A stretch of DNA of 64,000 nucleotides, taken from contig RSEE01000038.1 of the NCBI GenBank assembly GCA_003971905.1, positions 310,001 to 374,000 of the forward strand, read 5' to 3'. Below are positions 25,992 through 39,875 of this stretch, one piece after another. A program made the position numbers and the translations under genes. The first letter of the stretch is position 1. Each line of letters opens with the position of its first letter. Under the pieces are notes generated by a model, which worked only from the letters and a program-made list of their open reading frames with translations, was not told where the DNA came from and searched no databases. Source of the stretch: Moniliella sp. 'wahieum' (taxonomy: Eukaryota).

Positions 25992-27934
25992 CTACGCAGG
26001 CGGCGGCACAAACACCAGCAGAGCGTCGCCGCCACTGACGCCGAGCTGGGCCAGCGGCCGAGCCTCGTCCAGCGCCAACGGCAGCAGCGGATGGTGCTCG
26101 CCCACGCCGCCCAGCGCCGCAACCACCTGCATCGCCGCGCCCGCGCTGCGGGGCAGACCCAGCGCTCGCGCCAGCTTGGGTCGCAGCAGGCGCGGCGTAA
26201 TCGACGGCAGCACCTTGGCTTCTACCCCGCGCTTCTTTTCGCTCGCCTGCACCGCCCACGCGCCCCCCTGCTCCGGCTCGCCGGCACCGCCTCGTCCACC
26301 TGCACCACCGTCAAGCTCATCAGAGAGGCAGCAAGCGTAGGTGCCGCGGTCGGGATCGGTGGTGCCTGGGGGGTGGCACGAGGGCGACGCCATACTGGGT
26401 AGCCAGCTGCGCCAGGCGCGGAACCTCCAGAACGCGGCACGCCCATGCCTCGTCCCGTTCTCCCTGGCAAGGCAGGGTGGGCAAGATCCGTTGGCAGCTA
26501 AGAGCAAGGCTTGTTCTGCCGCACGCCGCTCATCGGGCGTCACGTCGGTATGGTTGATCCGTACCAACGATGGGAACCGGGCCACCAGTCCAGCCCGCCC
26601 CACCAGCGGCGAGACCGAGGACCAAGAGCGCGAGCGCAGCATCCCTTCCACCTCTTCGTCCGGTGGCGCAAGCAGACCAAACTGTCCCCCCTCGGAGGAG
26701 AGGAAGGTGACTTGGAGGGTTTGGATCCTGCTGCCGGCGAAGAGAAGAGACCGCCTCGAGCGACCCAGTTGTCCAGTCGCTCCAGATCGTCCAACCCAAC
26801 GATACCTTGCAGGACCAGGCCTATCAACGTTGCCCCGCCACCGGCCGTAGTAGGTCAGGCGAGAGTGGGGGCCAGAGTCGCGGTAGGGGTGGGGGTGTGG
26901 ACGCGTGCCTCGCTGCCGCCCGAGGGAACAGGCAAGTCAAGTGGGACAGGTGGTAAAGGGTTGTTGGAAAGATCCAGCTGGACCAACGCGGGAAATGCAG
27001 TTAGGGTATCGGAAATCCACTTCCAGTCCGACAGCTGGTTGCCGGCCAGGACGAGGGAGGCAAGGCAGGGTGCGCAGGGAGAGGAGTCGAAGGGGTAAGG
27101 ACAAGTTGGCTGTCCCTCATGTCCAAGTGGGTAAGTTGCGGCAGGTACCGTGCTGCTACAACCAAAGTATCTGAAAGGGACATCCACGTTCCGCCCAGTT
27201 GAAGGAGTTGAGGTGAGAGGTGAATGTTGAGTCCGAGTCTGGCGGAAAGAGCGCACGCCCCTCGTCCCTATCCAGTGGAGCCAGACGATTGCCCATCAGA
27301 CTCAGCTCCTGCAGCCCGGGGTTTCGTTCAGCAAGTCCAAAACCCCATTCCAGGAGGCAAATAGGTTGTAGGACAAGTTGAGCATCACCAGATCTGTGCC
27401 GGGGTCAGCCAAGCCAGATAAAAACAGAGGGCTACATACCTGGTGCGGCGGCTGCAGGTCCCCGCGTCTTTCCCCCCGCGCCGGATCAAGGACAGAAGAG
27501 ACCAACCTGTCCACCTGTCCATCCACCAAGGAAGTCGACAGGTTGGCTGATTTTTGTGCGGCCAGGGTACGTGCTTTGGCACGGGCACGAGCACGGCGGA
27601 CCTCGGGTTCAGGTAGGCCTTGGTCCAGTGCTGCTTGTTCGGCCTGGGCGGGTGCGTCGGGGGGGGAGGGATAGAGATCTTTCAATACCGATAGGAGCGA
27701 GCAACCAAAATTACAAGCACTGGAACGCACAAACGACGCACACGTCTCCCCCATGTTGACAGGGGTAAAGTAACGCCGGCCCTGATGGACTCCATTGTGC
27801 TTCCCACGCGTCGGGTCGTCCCACTCCACCCCGAGCCACGTGCCGCGTGTGCCGTCTACGGGCCCATCATAGCGCACCGTTCCAGGCAACCCCTTCCAGA
27901 CAATGCGTGCACCCAACAGGGGGGTGTTCGACAT
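25992..27934 (-). CDS. Tubulin-specific chaperone E (CAP-Gly, LRR and ubiquitin-like domains; Pac2/Alp21-like)
   Basis: GTVRYDGPVDGTRGTWLGVEWDDPTRGKHNGVHQGRRYF (CAP-Gly), LRRs (LNLSYNLF, LVLAGNQL, LDLSNNPL), LVARFPSLVRINHTDVTPDERRAAE, and a Ubl-like C-terminus (LDEARPLAQLGVSGGDALLV). Confidence 0.92.
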
Positions 27935-28553
27935 CGGAACGGGACAAGGTGGTGGTGGTGGTTGGTGGTGGCTGTCAGATCATGCACATGCACATGCATC
28001 ATGCGTTGCAGGGGTCATTTTCTGCCAGGCCTATGGGGTACATCACATCCACGTCACATGTCACAGGCTCCAATGTGGATTTCAAAATGAGGAGGCGATT
28101 CTAGGTCCGGGAACGTAAGAAAAAAGTCCTTCTGAGCGTATGAGCTGTAAGCTGTGAGCCTCATTCGACAACGAGCGATGAGGAGCGAGAGAGTAAAAGT
28201 GAGACTCAAGGTAGGAAGCGGGGAGGGGCGAAGCAAGGCGAGGCAAAGCAAGGCAAGGCGAGGCGATTCCTTGCTCAAATGAGGTAGGATGGGTGGCACC
28301 GGTTTTGTTGGCATATGTATGTGCTCTACAAAATGAGTTGAGGCGACAACCAAAAAGGATGTGGTTATGCCGAAGGGTAGGGGGGAGATGGTCGATGAGG
28401 AAGGCATATAGAACGTCGTGTATGATGGAACCGAACGCATAGGGGCAGCGCACGTACCCACCAATGCGACCTTCCAACCCGAAAAGGATGAGATGATGAA
28501 AATGAACAATATAGACTGTTGTGCATATTTATGGCGCCTAGACCTGTGCCACG

Positions 28554-29907
28554 TCAAAGGACAAAAGTGGGTAAGGTCTGGCTGATGAGATCACGCTGTT
28601 CCTCCGTCAAGTTCTCACGAGCAAGGTGGCACTTGAGGTGACGGTGGCAATCGTGTTTGCGGCTAAAGCGATCGTTGCACAGAGGGCACTTGAACGGACG
28701 TCGGCGGTTGTGCACATCCAAATGTTGACGAAGATTCGACTTGCGCTCAAACGCTCTTGCGCACGTCGGACATTCCCAGGGTCGCTTCCCTTCCCCTCGC
28801 GAAATCAGAACAGGAAAAGGGCTTGACTTCGCCCGCGACCGCCGCCGACGAGGGGGGGCAGGCTCATTTTGCTCTTGAGTCTCTCCCTCTTCTGGTGACA
28901 AAGGTTCCTGGTGATCGACACTGACACCATGTGGAGAAGGAGTATTTCCGCTGCTCAAACTGGGTGCCTCGACCGTCGAACAATCCAGAACAGGCATCAA
29001 CGCCAACAAGTTGGCATCCTTATCTGGGACGATGGGTGCCATGTCACTCTCGGCAGGGGCAAGCGAACAAGAGGGATTCTGTTGGGGTGGTGACAATGCG
29101 CTGTATGTTCCAGTTGTAATGAGCATTTTGCGGTACACGTCTCGCATTGCCTTGACCGCTTCTCCGACCAAAGGAGCTGTAGATGGATGTTGTCCGGCCG
29201 ATAGAGTTGGCCCCGGCGCAATCGGGTCGCGGAGGGGGACCGGAATTGGAAGTGCCTTGGGTATCCTGGGTTCCTCCACATCAGCCACAGACGAGGGGAT
29301 GACCAGGCCACTGGGCAGGGGGGAAGACTGATGGTCCAAAGGCGGATCCAACTCCATCGTATCCTCTTCATTCCAAGTGGATGCAGCGCTTGGGGTTTGA
29401 ACATAGGGGGGAAAGCAGTCGAGGTGCCAGTAAAATAATCGCCTTGGCTCTGTGGAACCGAGGTTGACGGAAAACTCTGGCTGTCAGAGGTAATCGTCTG
29501 GTTTGACAAGTGCGAGGGGGCCAATGATGCCAAGCCTGTCCCTTGAGAGAGCGAGTAGAGAGACTTGAAATTCAAGTTGTCGCCCAGGAGATCGTTGGTG
29601 GAATGACAGGCATCCGGGTGGGCTACGGAGAGCAAGCTCGGCTCGAAAGTGGCATCAAACGCAAACGGACCAAGGAGTACAGGCTCGATACCGATGGAGG
29701 AGGTGGCGGCATGTGTTCCTGCCATCTCACATGCGGGAGATGATGCGAAAAGAGCGGCGAGGGTGGAGGGCCAGAGATCCGGATATACCAAATTATGGCC
29801 ATCGAAGAGGAAGGAAGGCTCAGTGAGGGCAGTGGAGCCAGGGGTGGTAGCCCGGGCGGGGTGGGGGAAGGGCGAGGAGGTGAGAGGGCAACAGCAGATG
29901 TGGCCAT
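28554..29907 (-). CDS. C2H2 zinc-finger transcription factor (two C-terminal fingers)
   Basis: RPWECPTCARAFERKSNLRQHLDVHNRRRPFKCPLCNDRFSRKHDCHRHLKCH. The S/P-rich N-terminal region is joined across frameshifts and the start codon is uncertain. Confidence 0.88.
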
Positions 29908-30446
29908 GTTGAGCTGCGGTATCGACGTTGCGGGAGGGTTGGCGGGAAGGAACATAAAAAAAGCGAATGCGGCCCGGCAAGCTGTGAAATATGCACACAC
30001 GATAGTCCAGGCACAGAACAAGGCTGCGCTGCGGTCTGTAGAAGCCAAGTGCATCACACCAGTGGTGTAGCCTTCTGCGGTGGTGGCCTGCTGCGAGCAG
30101 TCATATGCGAGCGAGCGAACAGGGTCATCGATTGAATTGGGAGGGGGAGAGTAGTGTGGAATGCGTGTCCTCCTAAACTCACCGCCTGAGTCATTGCAGT
30201 GGAGGACGTACGTATACAGGGAAGAAAGAGCATCGGCTCGCGCTGCTTCGACCGAAACAGAGCTCGTCAGGCCCTCAGCCTTCAGGACGTCAGGCATCAG
30301 GTCGCACGCCCGGGCCCCGTCCTTCCACCCAAGCCTCGGATACCCTACTGGCGGCGTCTTGGAGCTTGGACAAATCGATTAGTGGAGGCCGAGGACTGAC
30401 GGGTGATTAATGGAGGCCGAGTTTGATGGATATTGAATGGGTAGTC

Positions 30447-33000
30447 AGTACTTAGTACTTACTTGGGGCAGCAATAGAGCTTTCGTCACCAACGCCTTCC
30501 AGCACTCCATGTGGCAAGCAAGCTTTGAAGGGGCCACGCATTCCCGACAACACGCAGTACTCAGTTACTCACGCAGCAAGGGACGAGCAAGACGGTGAGG
30601 CACTGTATGCTGTTCAGTACGTGTTCAGTGGACATATGTCGAAGAGTGCTGGCATTATGAACGTGTGATATGGGACAACTCTCGGATCGATCTCTGGTCG
30701 ATGCTCCCTCATCCTGTGGTCTCAGTCGTTGTGGCTCTGCGCTCGTTTTGTTGCGATCGCAGATCTCTTCGAACAAGGCAACACCACGTGACAACTGTGG
30801 GTAGTGAGTATTGAGTACGTGTGTTGAATGTTGGACGTCGAACGCAATGCGAATACTGTGAGGTACATGAGTCTGAACCAGAGTGAAGCTAGTGAGTACC
30901 TGAGTGCTTGACTAGACTGAGTACCGGGTACCGATGAGGATATCTACTCAGACTGAGTACTGAGTAACGTACTGAACGTACTGAACGTTGAACGTTGAAC
31001 GTTGTTGATTAACGATTAAATTTTAAAGATTGTGTTCTCGGCGTTCGGAAGCATGCAGCACATGCGCACGTCACATGCGCACGTACGGTCAAAATCGGTC
31101 TTCTGTCTTCCCCACAGGGGTCTGCTACATGTTATAGGCCACAACACCTAATCGACCTAATCCCTGGTGTGGATGAACATTTAACATCTTAACTCCCCAG
31201 GCCGGCCCCAGGTCTCATCGATCTCAGGCCCCTCAGGCCCCCAGGACCTCAGTCAGGCTCAGGCACTCGGCTTTATCGGTTCTTGACCGGTGACCCCCTC
31301 TGGTCCATTCCTTGTCGTTGAAAGAGCCCCCCAGACGAACCACGGATTGATCTTGTTTCCACACCTGCACACCTGGTATTTTTATCTCGGGGAGGGGGAT
31401 ACTTCACTTTGACGTCACCGGTCACCGACTCCCTACGATGTCGAAAGCAAAATCCTGGGGGATGTGTGATACGGGTGGCATGTGTCAAGCGACGATGTGT
31501 GATGAATGATGCAAGTGATACATAGTGCCTTGTGGTGCCCACTCGCGAAGCCCGAACCCCCCAGGATGGCATGGACAGGAAGCGACACTGTCCGATTGGC
31601 TCCATCAACTCGGCTCCAATGTCCGATACGTATAGTTGAAGCTTGAAGCTTGAATCCCGAAGCTGAAACTTAAAGCTGTAAAACGGGATGTGTACGTAAA
31701 GACGCCGATAGGCGCTGTAGCAGTCTGCACTAGGCTTTGTGGTAATGGCCTTCTGTTCCTAGCGCCTAGCTCGCAGCAGACGCTGTCTACGGCGTTGCCT
31801 GCGACGGTGCCTACTACGCGAACCGCCGTAGCTCCACCGCCCCCACGCCCTGCGGCCTCCAGCGGCATGGTGGCATGGTGCCAGTGAGCGCTCACGGTGA
31901 GCACTGACATGCATGACATGGACAGCTGGCATGCGGCAGGCGCCGCTATCGAGCTATCTACGACCCTTGCAGGTGACATGGCATGTGTGATGCGTGGTGC
32001 CTGATGTGTGACAGGCTGTGACATGTGCCATGTGGCGTCGCTGCCCCGCTTCGTTGTGCTTTGGCACCAGCAGCAACCAGCCTGCATCCTCCTGCACCAC
32101 CTCGCCTAAAGCCTGTCAACGTGTCAACGTATCATCGATCTTCGATCTGTCAGCAAGTCACTTGTCTTCGATCACCTCGATCACCATTGCATCATTCAGC
32201 AGCACGTGTTCATGCATGTGTCTGGGTCTGAGATTGACAGGCAGGGGATGTGGGCAGTATACGAGAAAAGCTTTGGAAGCTGAAGCTGGGGAATAAGGGA
32301 ACCTGGGGTCGAGTATAGAGGCCGTTTGATGTTCTCTCATCGATCGCATCACGCCCACGCCACATACTTTTGATGCCATTCGATGCGCAAAATGCCGCTC
32401 CGAGGCTATTACACAACCTCAACACAGCCAAGCGGTGGGACGCCTCAAAGGGACCATAAAGGGGCAGTGCAAATGTATTACTTGGTCGCCGATGTAATAG
32501 ACCTTCGCGCGCTCGCCCGGAGAGCTGGCCGATGCGACTACCTTTTGGGGAGCTTGGGGATCTGCGTTTCCTTGTCTCTACGATCAGATCGATCAGACCG
32601 TCGTCGGACGACGGACGACGGACGACGGACCGTACTGAGTATCCAGAAGAGTCGTACTTGGCGCGCCAACGCGCTGATCTGAGATCTGAGAGGTTGCTAG
32701 GATTGGGAGCAATGATTAGTCACTAGCGTCCCTTGTCGGGACAACGGCTTTCACAGAGGATTAGTGACTCAGTACTGAGCAATTGCCAGTAATACTACTA
32801 CCTGCCACCCTCGCCCTTCTCAGATCTTGTGGCCTGTCCGACGCGACAATGGGAACGAGAGGTACCTAGGCGCCCTGTATACGCTCCGGAGTTCAATGGC
32901 GGCCTGGGAAGAGGCCGATGAGGGGGCTCGAGATGCCGCGGGAAAAAAATGCCCCGAGCCAGAGATATCAGAAGCTTCAAGCTTCAAGCTTTCAAGCCCC
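30447..33000. repeat. Intergenic region rich in 7-bp-period palindromic hexamer tandems
   Basis: AGTACT-T-AGTACT (30447), (AACGTT-G)x3 (30984), AAGCTT-G-AAGCTT (31639), (AAGCTT-C)x3 (32972). Confidence 0.85.
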
Positions 33001-35146
33001 TCCGTTGTTACGTGTTTCTAACAATATACGCGTTAATAATACTACGCCGCGTAATACGCAGCGTAATTGGGCGAGGCAGTGCGCCCCTCGACGGAGCAAT
33101 AGGGGCACGACAGAGCGAGATGAAACAATACGCATCATGCATCATGAGAGTGACGGGACCTTGTGAGTGCGTGGGTCCCGTTGAGAGGATTGAAGAGCAT
33201 CCTGATGCAGATGGACCTCCAGAGGGTGATGCAACCGTCCAAGGCAGTGGTGGTGCTGCTCTACGCCAACATACCTACAGAGAGGGGCATGGAGCTTTAC
33301 ACAGCCCGTCGCCCCCAGAACACAGAGGCTGCGGAATAGGATGCGGAAAAGGGGTACCAGGAAAACAGAAGCGAGGAAAAAACAACGGGACTCCTATATT
33401 CCTGAGGCCTTGAGGAGGGACTGGAGGAGAGCTGAAGGGGCCTTTTGCCCAAACCCAAACAAACCCCCGACCCACCCGGTCGCTCAGGGCTCAGCGCCAC
33501 AGATCGAGGTCGGAGCAAATCGGAAAGGGTGATGTGGCTCTTGCGCATTCTGAGAACTGCATACGTGGGAAATGCGAGGCGGTAATATATACGGCGGACG
33601 ATAAGAAGAAGAACCAGGGGTGTGGTCTCTTGACTGGTCAATACATATGAACAGTGTACGAGTATGGCGAACGCTTACCGCATCGCTTCTTCTCAACGCT
33701 TTCCGAGACCATGTGCTTCCCTTACATGTGTGTCCTCTTTTCCCATCATGCATCGTGTCATATATCGGCGGTGTGTCACTAAGGTACAATACCACCTGTC
33801 ACCATGTCACCTGTCATTCTCGGGAAAAACATGACGAGACAGAGTTAGACTACACCGGTAACGCGTAATCCATCCTTCCCCCACAGCGCCACAGCGTGAA
33901 CTCAGGTACAGATCGAGAGCCCCCAGTCCGCACCGCCCCAGCACAAAAAAAGGGTTGTCAAGGGTTGCATATTGCTTGGATAGTACGCTCCACGAATTTA
34001 GCACAGTACCATATCGCTATCGCATCCGATCGGGTTATGTACCAGTTCTTGCTGCGACGACAACCACGGTTGTGGGAGCCAAAAGGCGTTGGAGCCGCCT
34101 TTCTCCGTCGCACGTCACACGACGTCTTCGCGTCTTCGGAGCGTTTGTGTATGAAAAACGTTTAACGTATAACGCTTAAGTTTAAAGAGATGATAACAAG
34201 GAGGTCCACATGTTCACACACGTAGTACACATTCTGCATAGCGGATGCTGGTGCTATTATACGTGCTCAAGGATCAAGTTGATCAAGCTCTGGCTGAGAA
34301 CCAAGAGCGCCGAAGGCCAATCTCGTTTGTACCTAACCTCTACCCTGTCACAATCCCTTCCGCAGTTGCGGCCCTATAGAGCCTCCATGTCTCTGTTGGT
34401 CTAGGGAGCCGGAGGGGCAGAAACCCCATAATCGAGAAAAGATGGTGGATTGGAGGCAGAGTTGAGTCTGAGAGTGCAGAGCCATTACTATATAGGAGGC
34501 CGGACTAAGTAGTAGGCTCAAGTCTCCAGAGTGAGATCTGAATGGCATCCAGGTGAGAATGCAGGGCATAAAGGGGCAGTGCTATGAGACAAGAATGCGC
34601 GCAGCGTGGAAAAACCGATGAACCGAGGTGAACCTGATCTCCTAGCGTATAGGAACTGGAGAACCACAATCAACATAGCCGAAGCAGCCCTGTCTGAGGC
34701 TTACTCGCTCTGGTCTCTTCAAGTTAGCTTCAAGCTTCATCGACCACGATTATCGGTCATCCTGTTTCCTATCGACCAGGGTGTTTCCCACCGACCATCT
34801 GCCATCCTTCAACAGCGAGACAGAGTGTGGTGCCAACAACAAAACGAAAACACAACCGCAGGCCGTTCCTAGATCACTCTCTGTTCCTACAATGAGACGG
34901 ATTAATAATAGGCGCTAAAAATGTTGACGTGTGTATGTTTAACCATTACCCGACCCTCGTGGTTTTCTCTTGTTCTCTTTCTCATCAAACTCGTTAACTT
35001 CATCGTTTCTTGTTCAAGCGCATGCAGGAGTAGATCAATAAACCTTAGGATCTATGCTTCCCGCCCTTGCACTCTGGCAAACGTCGTAACAGGCTCCCAC
35101 AGACACATCCACCATCGCAGTTTAGTATAGTATCTCTATACTGCAT

Positions 35147-36880
35147 CCATATCATTGACAGAGCTTAAGGCAGTGGGACAGGGAAACGCTACGTCTAAAC
35201 CGAACCATTCATCTTGCGGGAGTTACTTGGTAGCGCCACCAGCGTTAAGGAACCAGGGGGGTCGCCAGGATATCAGGACCCTCTGGTGCTCGCCATCCGG
35301 TCCCGTACCCAAGGTAGCGCGTGTGGACACGGATGAACGTGGTAGACATCCGAGCGAGTAACCATTTCCATTGAGACTCAGTAGCCAAATCCTTCCAATG
35401 CGCAAACATCTTGCCCGCTGTCTTGGTGCCGTCGTATCCTCGCGTCATCAAAACCAGGGGGGGAAACGGCTCTTGAGTGCGTCCCTGGTACTTGGCGTTC
35501 TTGTCGCATAAGCACCTCCTTCTCCCGGCATTCCAAGGCGTTGCGGTGCTCTCATCAACCACTCTCTCCGGTACGCGCTCTGCTCCTGCGATTTCGTGTC
35601 GCGCAGCGTGTGGTCCACCTCTATCCCTGATCCTCCGATTGCTCCAGGCCCCATCACACGGTAGTCGGTGGGCAGCGCCTTCCGCCCGCGCCTCGGCCCA
35701 TCCTCTTCCTCCACAGCCGGTTCGTTGTGGACGTGGGTGTCGGGATGGAGCGCCACGAGCTGGAGAATGGGCTCCCGTACTACCTCGTGCAACTCGATAA
35801 ACTTGGGCCTGGGTGCGGGTGCAGGCAATGATGTGCTCCAGTGAGGACATGACGCCCCACTTGCACATGCTGCGCTTGGAGCGGCACAGCGTGCGGAGCT
35901 GGATACCAACCTGTACCTGTTTGTCAGAGAACCGTAGGCACGAGGTGGATGGAATGGAGGAGAGCCAATTGCGGCTCAGCGGGTTGCTGTGCTCGACCAC
36001 ATGGCGACCATCGGCATCGTCCAGCTTTTCTGGAGCAGCTCCTGTCGACTCTGCTCCCACATCGCCAGTGCTGGCGTGTCTTCGTAAATGCGTTTGTCGT
36101 CTCTGTTTGCGGTCCCGATCGGTCAACATAAGTAGTAATAAGAAAGTCGTTGACCTCGTTGGCCGCGGCACGGGCGTGGGGCGCAATATACGAGTAAAGC
36201 GGGCTGCCGCATCCTCCCATCCGGAGAGGCAGGCTCATGAGCATGTCGAAGTGGTGGTCCTTGACACCTTGGGGGCCCTCGTCGCCCCGGATGGGTCTGA
36301 ACTCGCACGATGAGGGCAGTTTGGTCTGAATACTGAGCCGCCATAGTAAGAGGCGTCCCTGGCGGGTGATGCCATCAAACTTGGGCATGGTCTCTCTCAG
36401 GCTGGCCAGTTGGTCCCGGAGCCACGATCGACGACAGCCTATATCCCTCCCACACAAGTGCCCAGCACCTGCAGCCCATCCCGATGAATGTGGTCGCGGT
36501 CCCGCTCGACGCACTTTTGCGCAGGTTTTGAGGGTGAGGCCTGATGACGCGTCGTCTGCCAAAATTTCCGCAGCTAGGCCGGTAATGCCTGGCTCTGGCC
36601 CGAAAATCGTAATGTCGTCCAGGTACGCTATCACCAGTAGGTGTCCCGGCGGCCGATCCTTTTCAACTCTCTTCCAGGGTGGGCCTCACTGCGATGGAGA
36701 AGAAAAGGGGGCGAGGAGGTCGCCCTGCCGAACGCCCTCTGCCGACAGAATGCTTGTCTATACTATAAGATTAAAGGAAAAAGCGCTAATGTACCACTTC
36801 TGTCCAAAGGTGGCGACCAAGCACCGAGCACCAAGCTGGGGCGAAGCCCCAGCTGACCGCGCCGTAGGTCCCGTAGTCTT
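35147..36880 (-). mobile_element. Decayed, 5'-truncated non-LTR retrotransposon, CRE clade (Cnl1/MoTeR-like; RT plus restriction-like endonuclease)
   Basis: RT motifs ILSAEGVRQGDLLAPF and IAYLDDITI, thumb-region LPLRMGGCG, WLSSIP...RFSDKQVQVGIQLRTLC, a decayed Zn-knuckle, (R)HEVVR, and the RLE-like EP...PTDYRV...IEVD...KYQG...FPPLV. Many indels are present. Confidence 0.85.
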
Positions 36881-38919
36881 CTAGTATAACATATCGTCTT
36901 CTGTACAATATACCCATTAATACACACTCGATGGGGAAACCCAGTGCAGGTCTGTTTTGCGCGTCAGAGTCTGAGAACGTGCGACGGATCTTTGTCCATG
37001 TATGGCGCTTCGTCACGTTCAAATCCAGCCATATCATGGAAACGTCTGACGAGGCATGCGAATTCTCTGGAGTATAATATCCCTGGAGAATATAAGCCAA
37101 TGGCGTCGAGATTAGTAGAACCCAGGCCGGGGACTGGAGACTAACATTATAATCATAGTCACTTGGAGATCGCTGTCCCTCTTCCTACCTAAAGTTTCCC
37201 CCAAATAGGCACATGTATATGGCGACAGAGGAACTAACACGGGTGTGGAAGAAGGAAAGACGGTGTACAAACCGTTTCGCCTGTCTCCAACAATGAATAT
37301 CTTATTAGGACGGAATGCTGGTCTTCATACAGACAGCAAGACTCGTGGACAATGCAGGAGTTAACACGCACGAGAAGAACAGCTGTGGCCTGTTGAGAGA
37401 CACAAAAGTTTAAGTGAAGGCGAACACTGTAGTGGGGGACGTTGGGATGATATAATACCATAACAACTGAAGATACTAAGAATAATACAAACGGGGTACT
37501 AAGAATGAAAATCCGAGAGCGTATGTACTTTGTTGCGGCCGGATTGGAGTTGCCTGACGGTCTGAGCATATAATGCCCCTGTGACAGAAAAGAAAGGAAG
37601 AGGAAGAGGAAGAGGAATCGTGAAATTCGTCGCATTGTCCGACTAAAGGGACTGTGTGTGTGCCTTGCATATGTGTATAGCACCATTATTATAGTGTAAC
37701 GAGGAAGTGCTATCGGATGATATTCTTAGTCCCTTCGCAGCCTCCGCTTGTATCTGTTGGGGTGGTAGTGTTAGGCCTCCCCTGCAACCCTCAATGAATC
37801 GGTGACGCTCTCGATTAGCCGGTCGAAAGATTTCTGCAGGCAGGGCGCGCGCGCCCTGCTCGCTTCATCTCCCTTCTCTCTCTGTTTCCGTCCCTTCAAT
37901 TCAGATGTTGCTTAAACTTTTTGCCTTCACACCTTGTCTGAAGGCTGCTTTGCAGCTGAACCATTCTAGCACTTCGTCTCTGCTTCGTTCTGTCAACATC
38001 TATACGCCAGTGCGGTGGGGCTTAGACAGGAGGGGTTACCAAAACAGAGTCAGCCAACAGTCAGCATCCTCGATCAGTGGGGCTCCTTTATCCCACCTTC
38101 CATTCCCGTCCCTTCCCACCTTTCTTGTCCAACTCCTGACGGTTTCCGGCCAACTGATTGAGTAATGCAGGCAACCTCTCGTCTCCACTTAGCTGTCTCA
38201 TCTTCACCATCCAACCTCGTCCGCCAGCTTTCCATCCGCCCAGTCATGCGAGCCTTCCTTCAGCGGCGTCGATTCGCCCTACCTCAGCGTATATCGCGTG
38301 GGTTCCTTGCACAGCTATACGTCCACAGCCGCCCCCGCCCGCTTCAGCCCTGGCAGTCTTTGTCCTCCACAGCATCTACCCGTCCCTAAGCTCCGAGGCT
38401 TCATACACGTTACTACCCCAAGTAAACACAGGCTTCACGCCCAAAGGCTTCTCCTCGCTCGGATCCATCAAATAGCCCAAACCCGAAACTACCGCAGTCG
38501 GCAGCCTTGTGGCCGGGCGACGGCAGTGGCGGCACAACCGTGGCTGTAGATTAAGGGGCACCGTGAGGCAGTGTGGGCGTTGGTGCCGCAATGGGGGCAC
38601 CGGCGGTGAGTACGGGTAGGGGGCATTTTAAGTGGGTGGAGGACGCGTCGACGCGACTCTGTCATATGCCCGATCGGGTTTGGCGCAGCCCCACCCACCC
38701 GTCACGTGGTCGGCGGCAGTAGGGTTGCACATTTCTTTTGCCTGCTCGAACATGGAACTAAGAGACAAAGGAGAGGATGCTACGCAACTCAGCAAAGCCA
38801 CTCCCAACGGTCCACAGGGACCTCGCTCCTGCGGCAGCACACTCTTCAACAACGGACGAGGCTTATCGAACGTCATGGTTGCAAGAACGGCACTCCAAGG
38901 AGATACTATACATGTGGAT

Positions 38920-39317
38920 GTCATAATTAGTCGGCTGATCTCGCTCCCATTTCCAATTTCTCTGTCCCCCCGAGCGTCTCGCTCCTTCCCTGTTTTTCCC
39001 TACGCACCATGTCCTCTGCTCTCATACTTCATCCCGAACGGTTGCTACATCCCTTGGCCAGTCCCGACTCTGGTCTCCCCTCGCCTTGGCTCCGACTGTG
39101 GCAATATAATACCAACTGGAACAGTCCGGGCGCTAGACGAGGGAGACCAAGGTCATGTCCGAGATGGGAAATGGGAAGGTCATTAGTGGGAATAAACACA
39201 GACATTAGTAGGGAGGGAACTGAAAAAAATGGAAGGGAAGAGCGAGATACACAACGCGGACTAGGGATGCAGAATTGGAAATTGTGGGAGCGAGCGCGTG
39301 TAGTCAATTGATGACAC
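38920..39317. mobile_element. Degenerate MITE-like element with imperfect terminal inverted repeats
   Basis: The left end TGTCATAATT...CTCGCTCCCATTTCCAATT...CTCGCTCCTTCCCT matches the reverse complement of the right end TGTCATCAATT...CTCGCTCCCACAATTTCCAATT...CTCGCTCTTCCCT. There is no coding capacity and no clear TSD. Confidence 0.55.
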
Positions 39318-39875
39318 TAACATTGAGGAGATGCGCGAAACGGAACAGCTATTGCTCTCCCCCCTCCATTTCCCTCAAATAACACATTGGACAAAGTAAA
39401 CAATACTGTTTATACCGGACAACAGAGTAAAGTAACACCTCGTCGACCATGTATGAGGAAACGATGAGATGAAGCCGATAAAGGTATTTCCGTTACAATA
39501 TCCGTTTCATTGGAAGAATGCTAATTGTGTGTGAGGGGAGAGGAGACAGCGGCGTATAGTCATAAGCACACGTATCCCACAAAAAGACAGTGAAGAACGT
39601 ATATCTTTGCCGCCCTAGAGCCAAGAGGGAAGGCAGACTCATACACAGAAATGGAAGACGGGTGAGGGCTGGGCTCTGTGCGAACGACGGTTCATCGGAT
39701 CATCGATCATCCCATGCACATATATTGTACGTCCGTGCGATATGCCCTAAAAGACGTTATCGTGATATAAAAAGTGTGGAGTGGGGTTGCGCAGGGGGAG
39801 TAGGGGCAAAGGTGGGCCCTCGAAAAGACATCATCGCGCGTAAGAGCGGTGAGAGGGGGGGGGGGGTGAAGGAAG

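Noticed and set aside
29910..30380. ORF upstream of the C2H2 gene (MPDVLKAEGLTSS...)
   Set aside because: No family is recognisable and I cannot distinguish an upstream exon from 5' UTR or a chance ORF.
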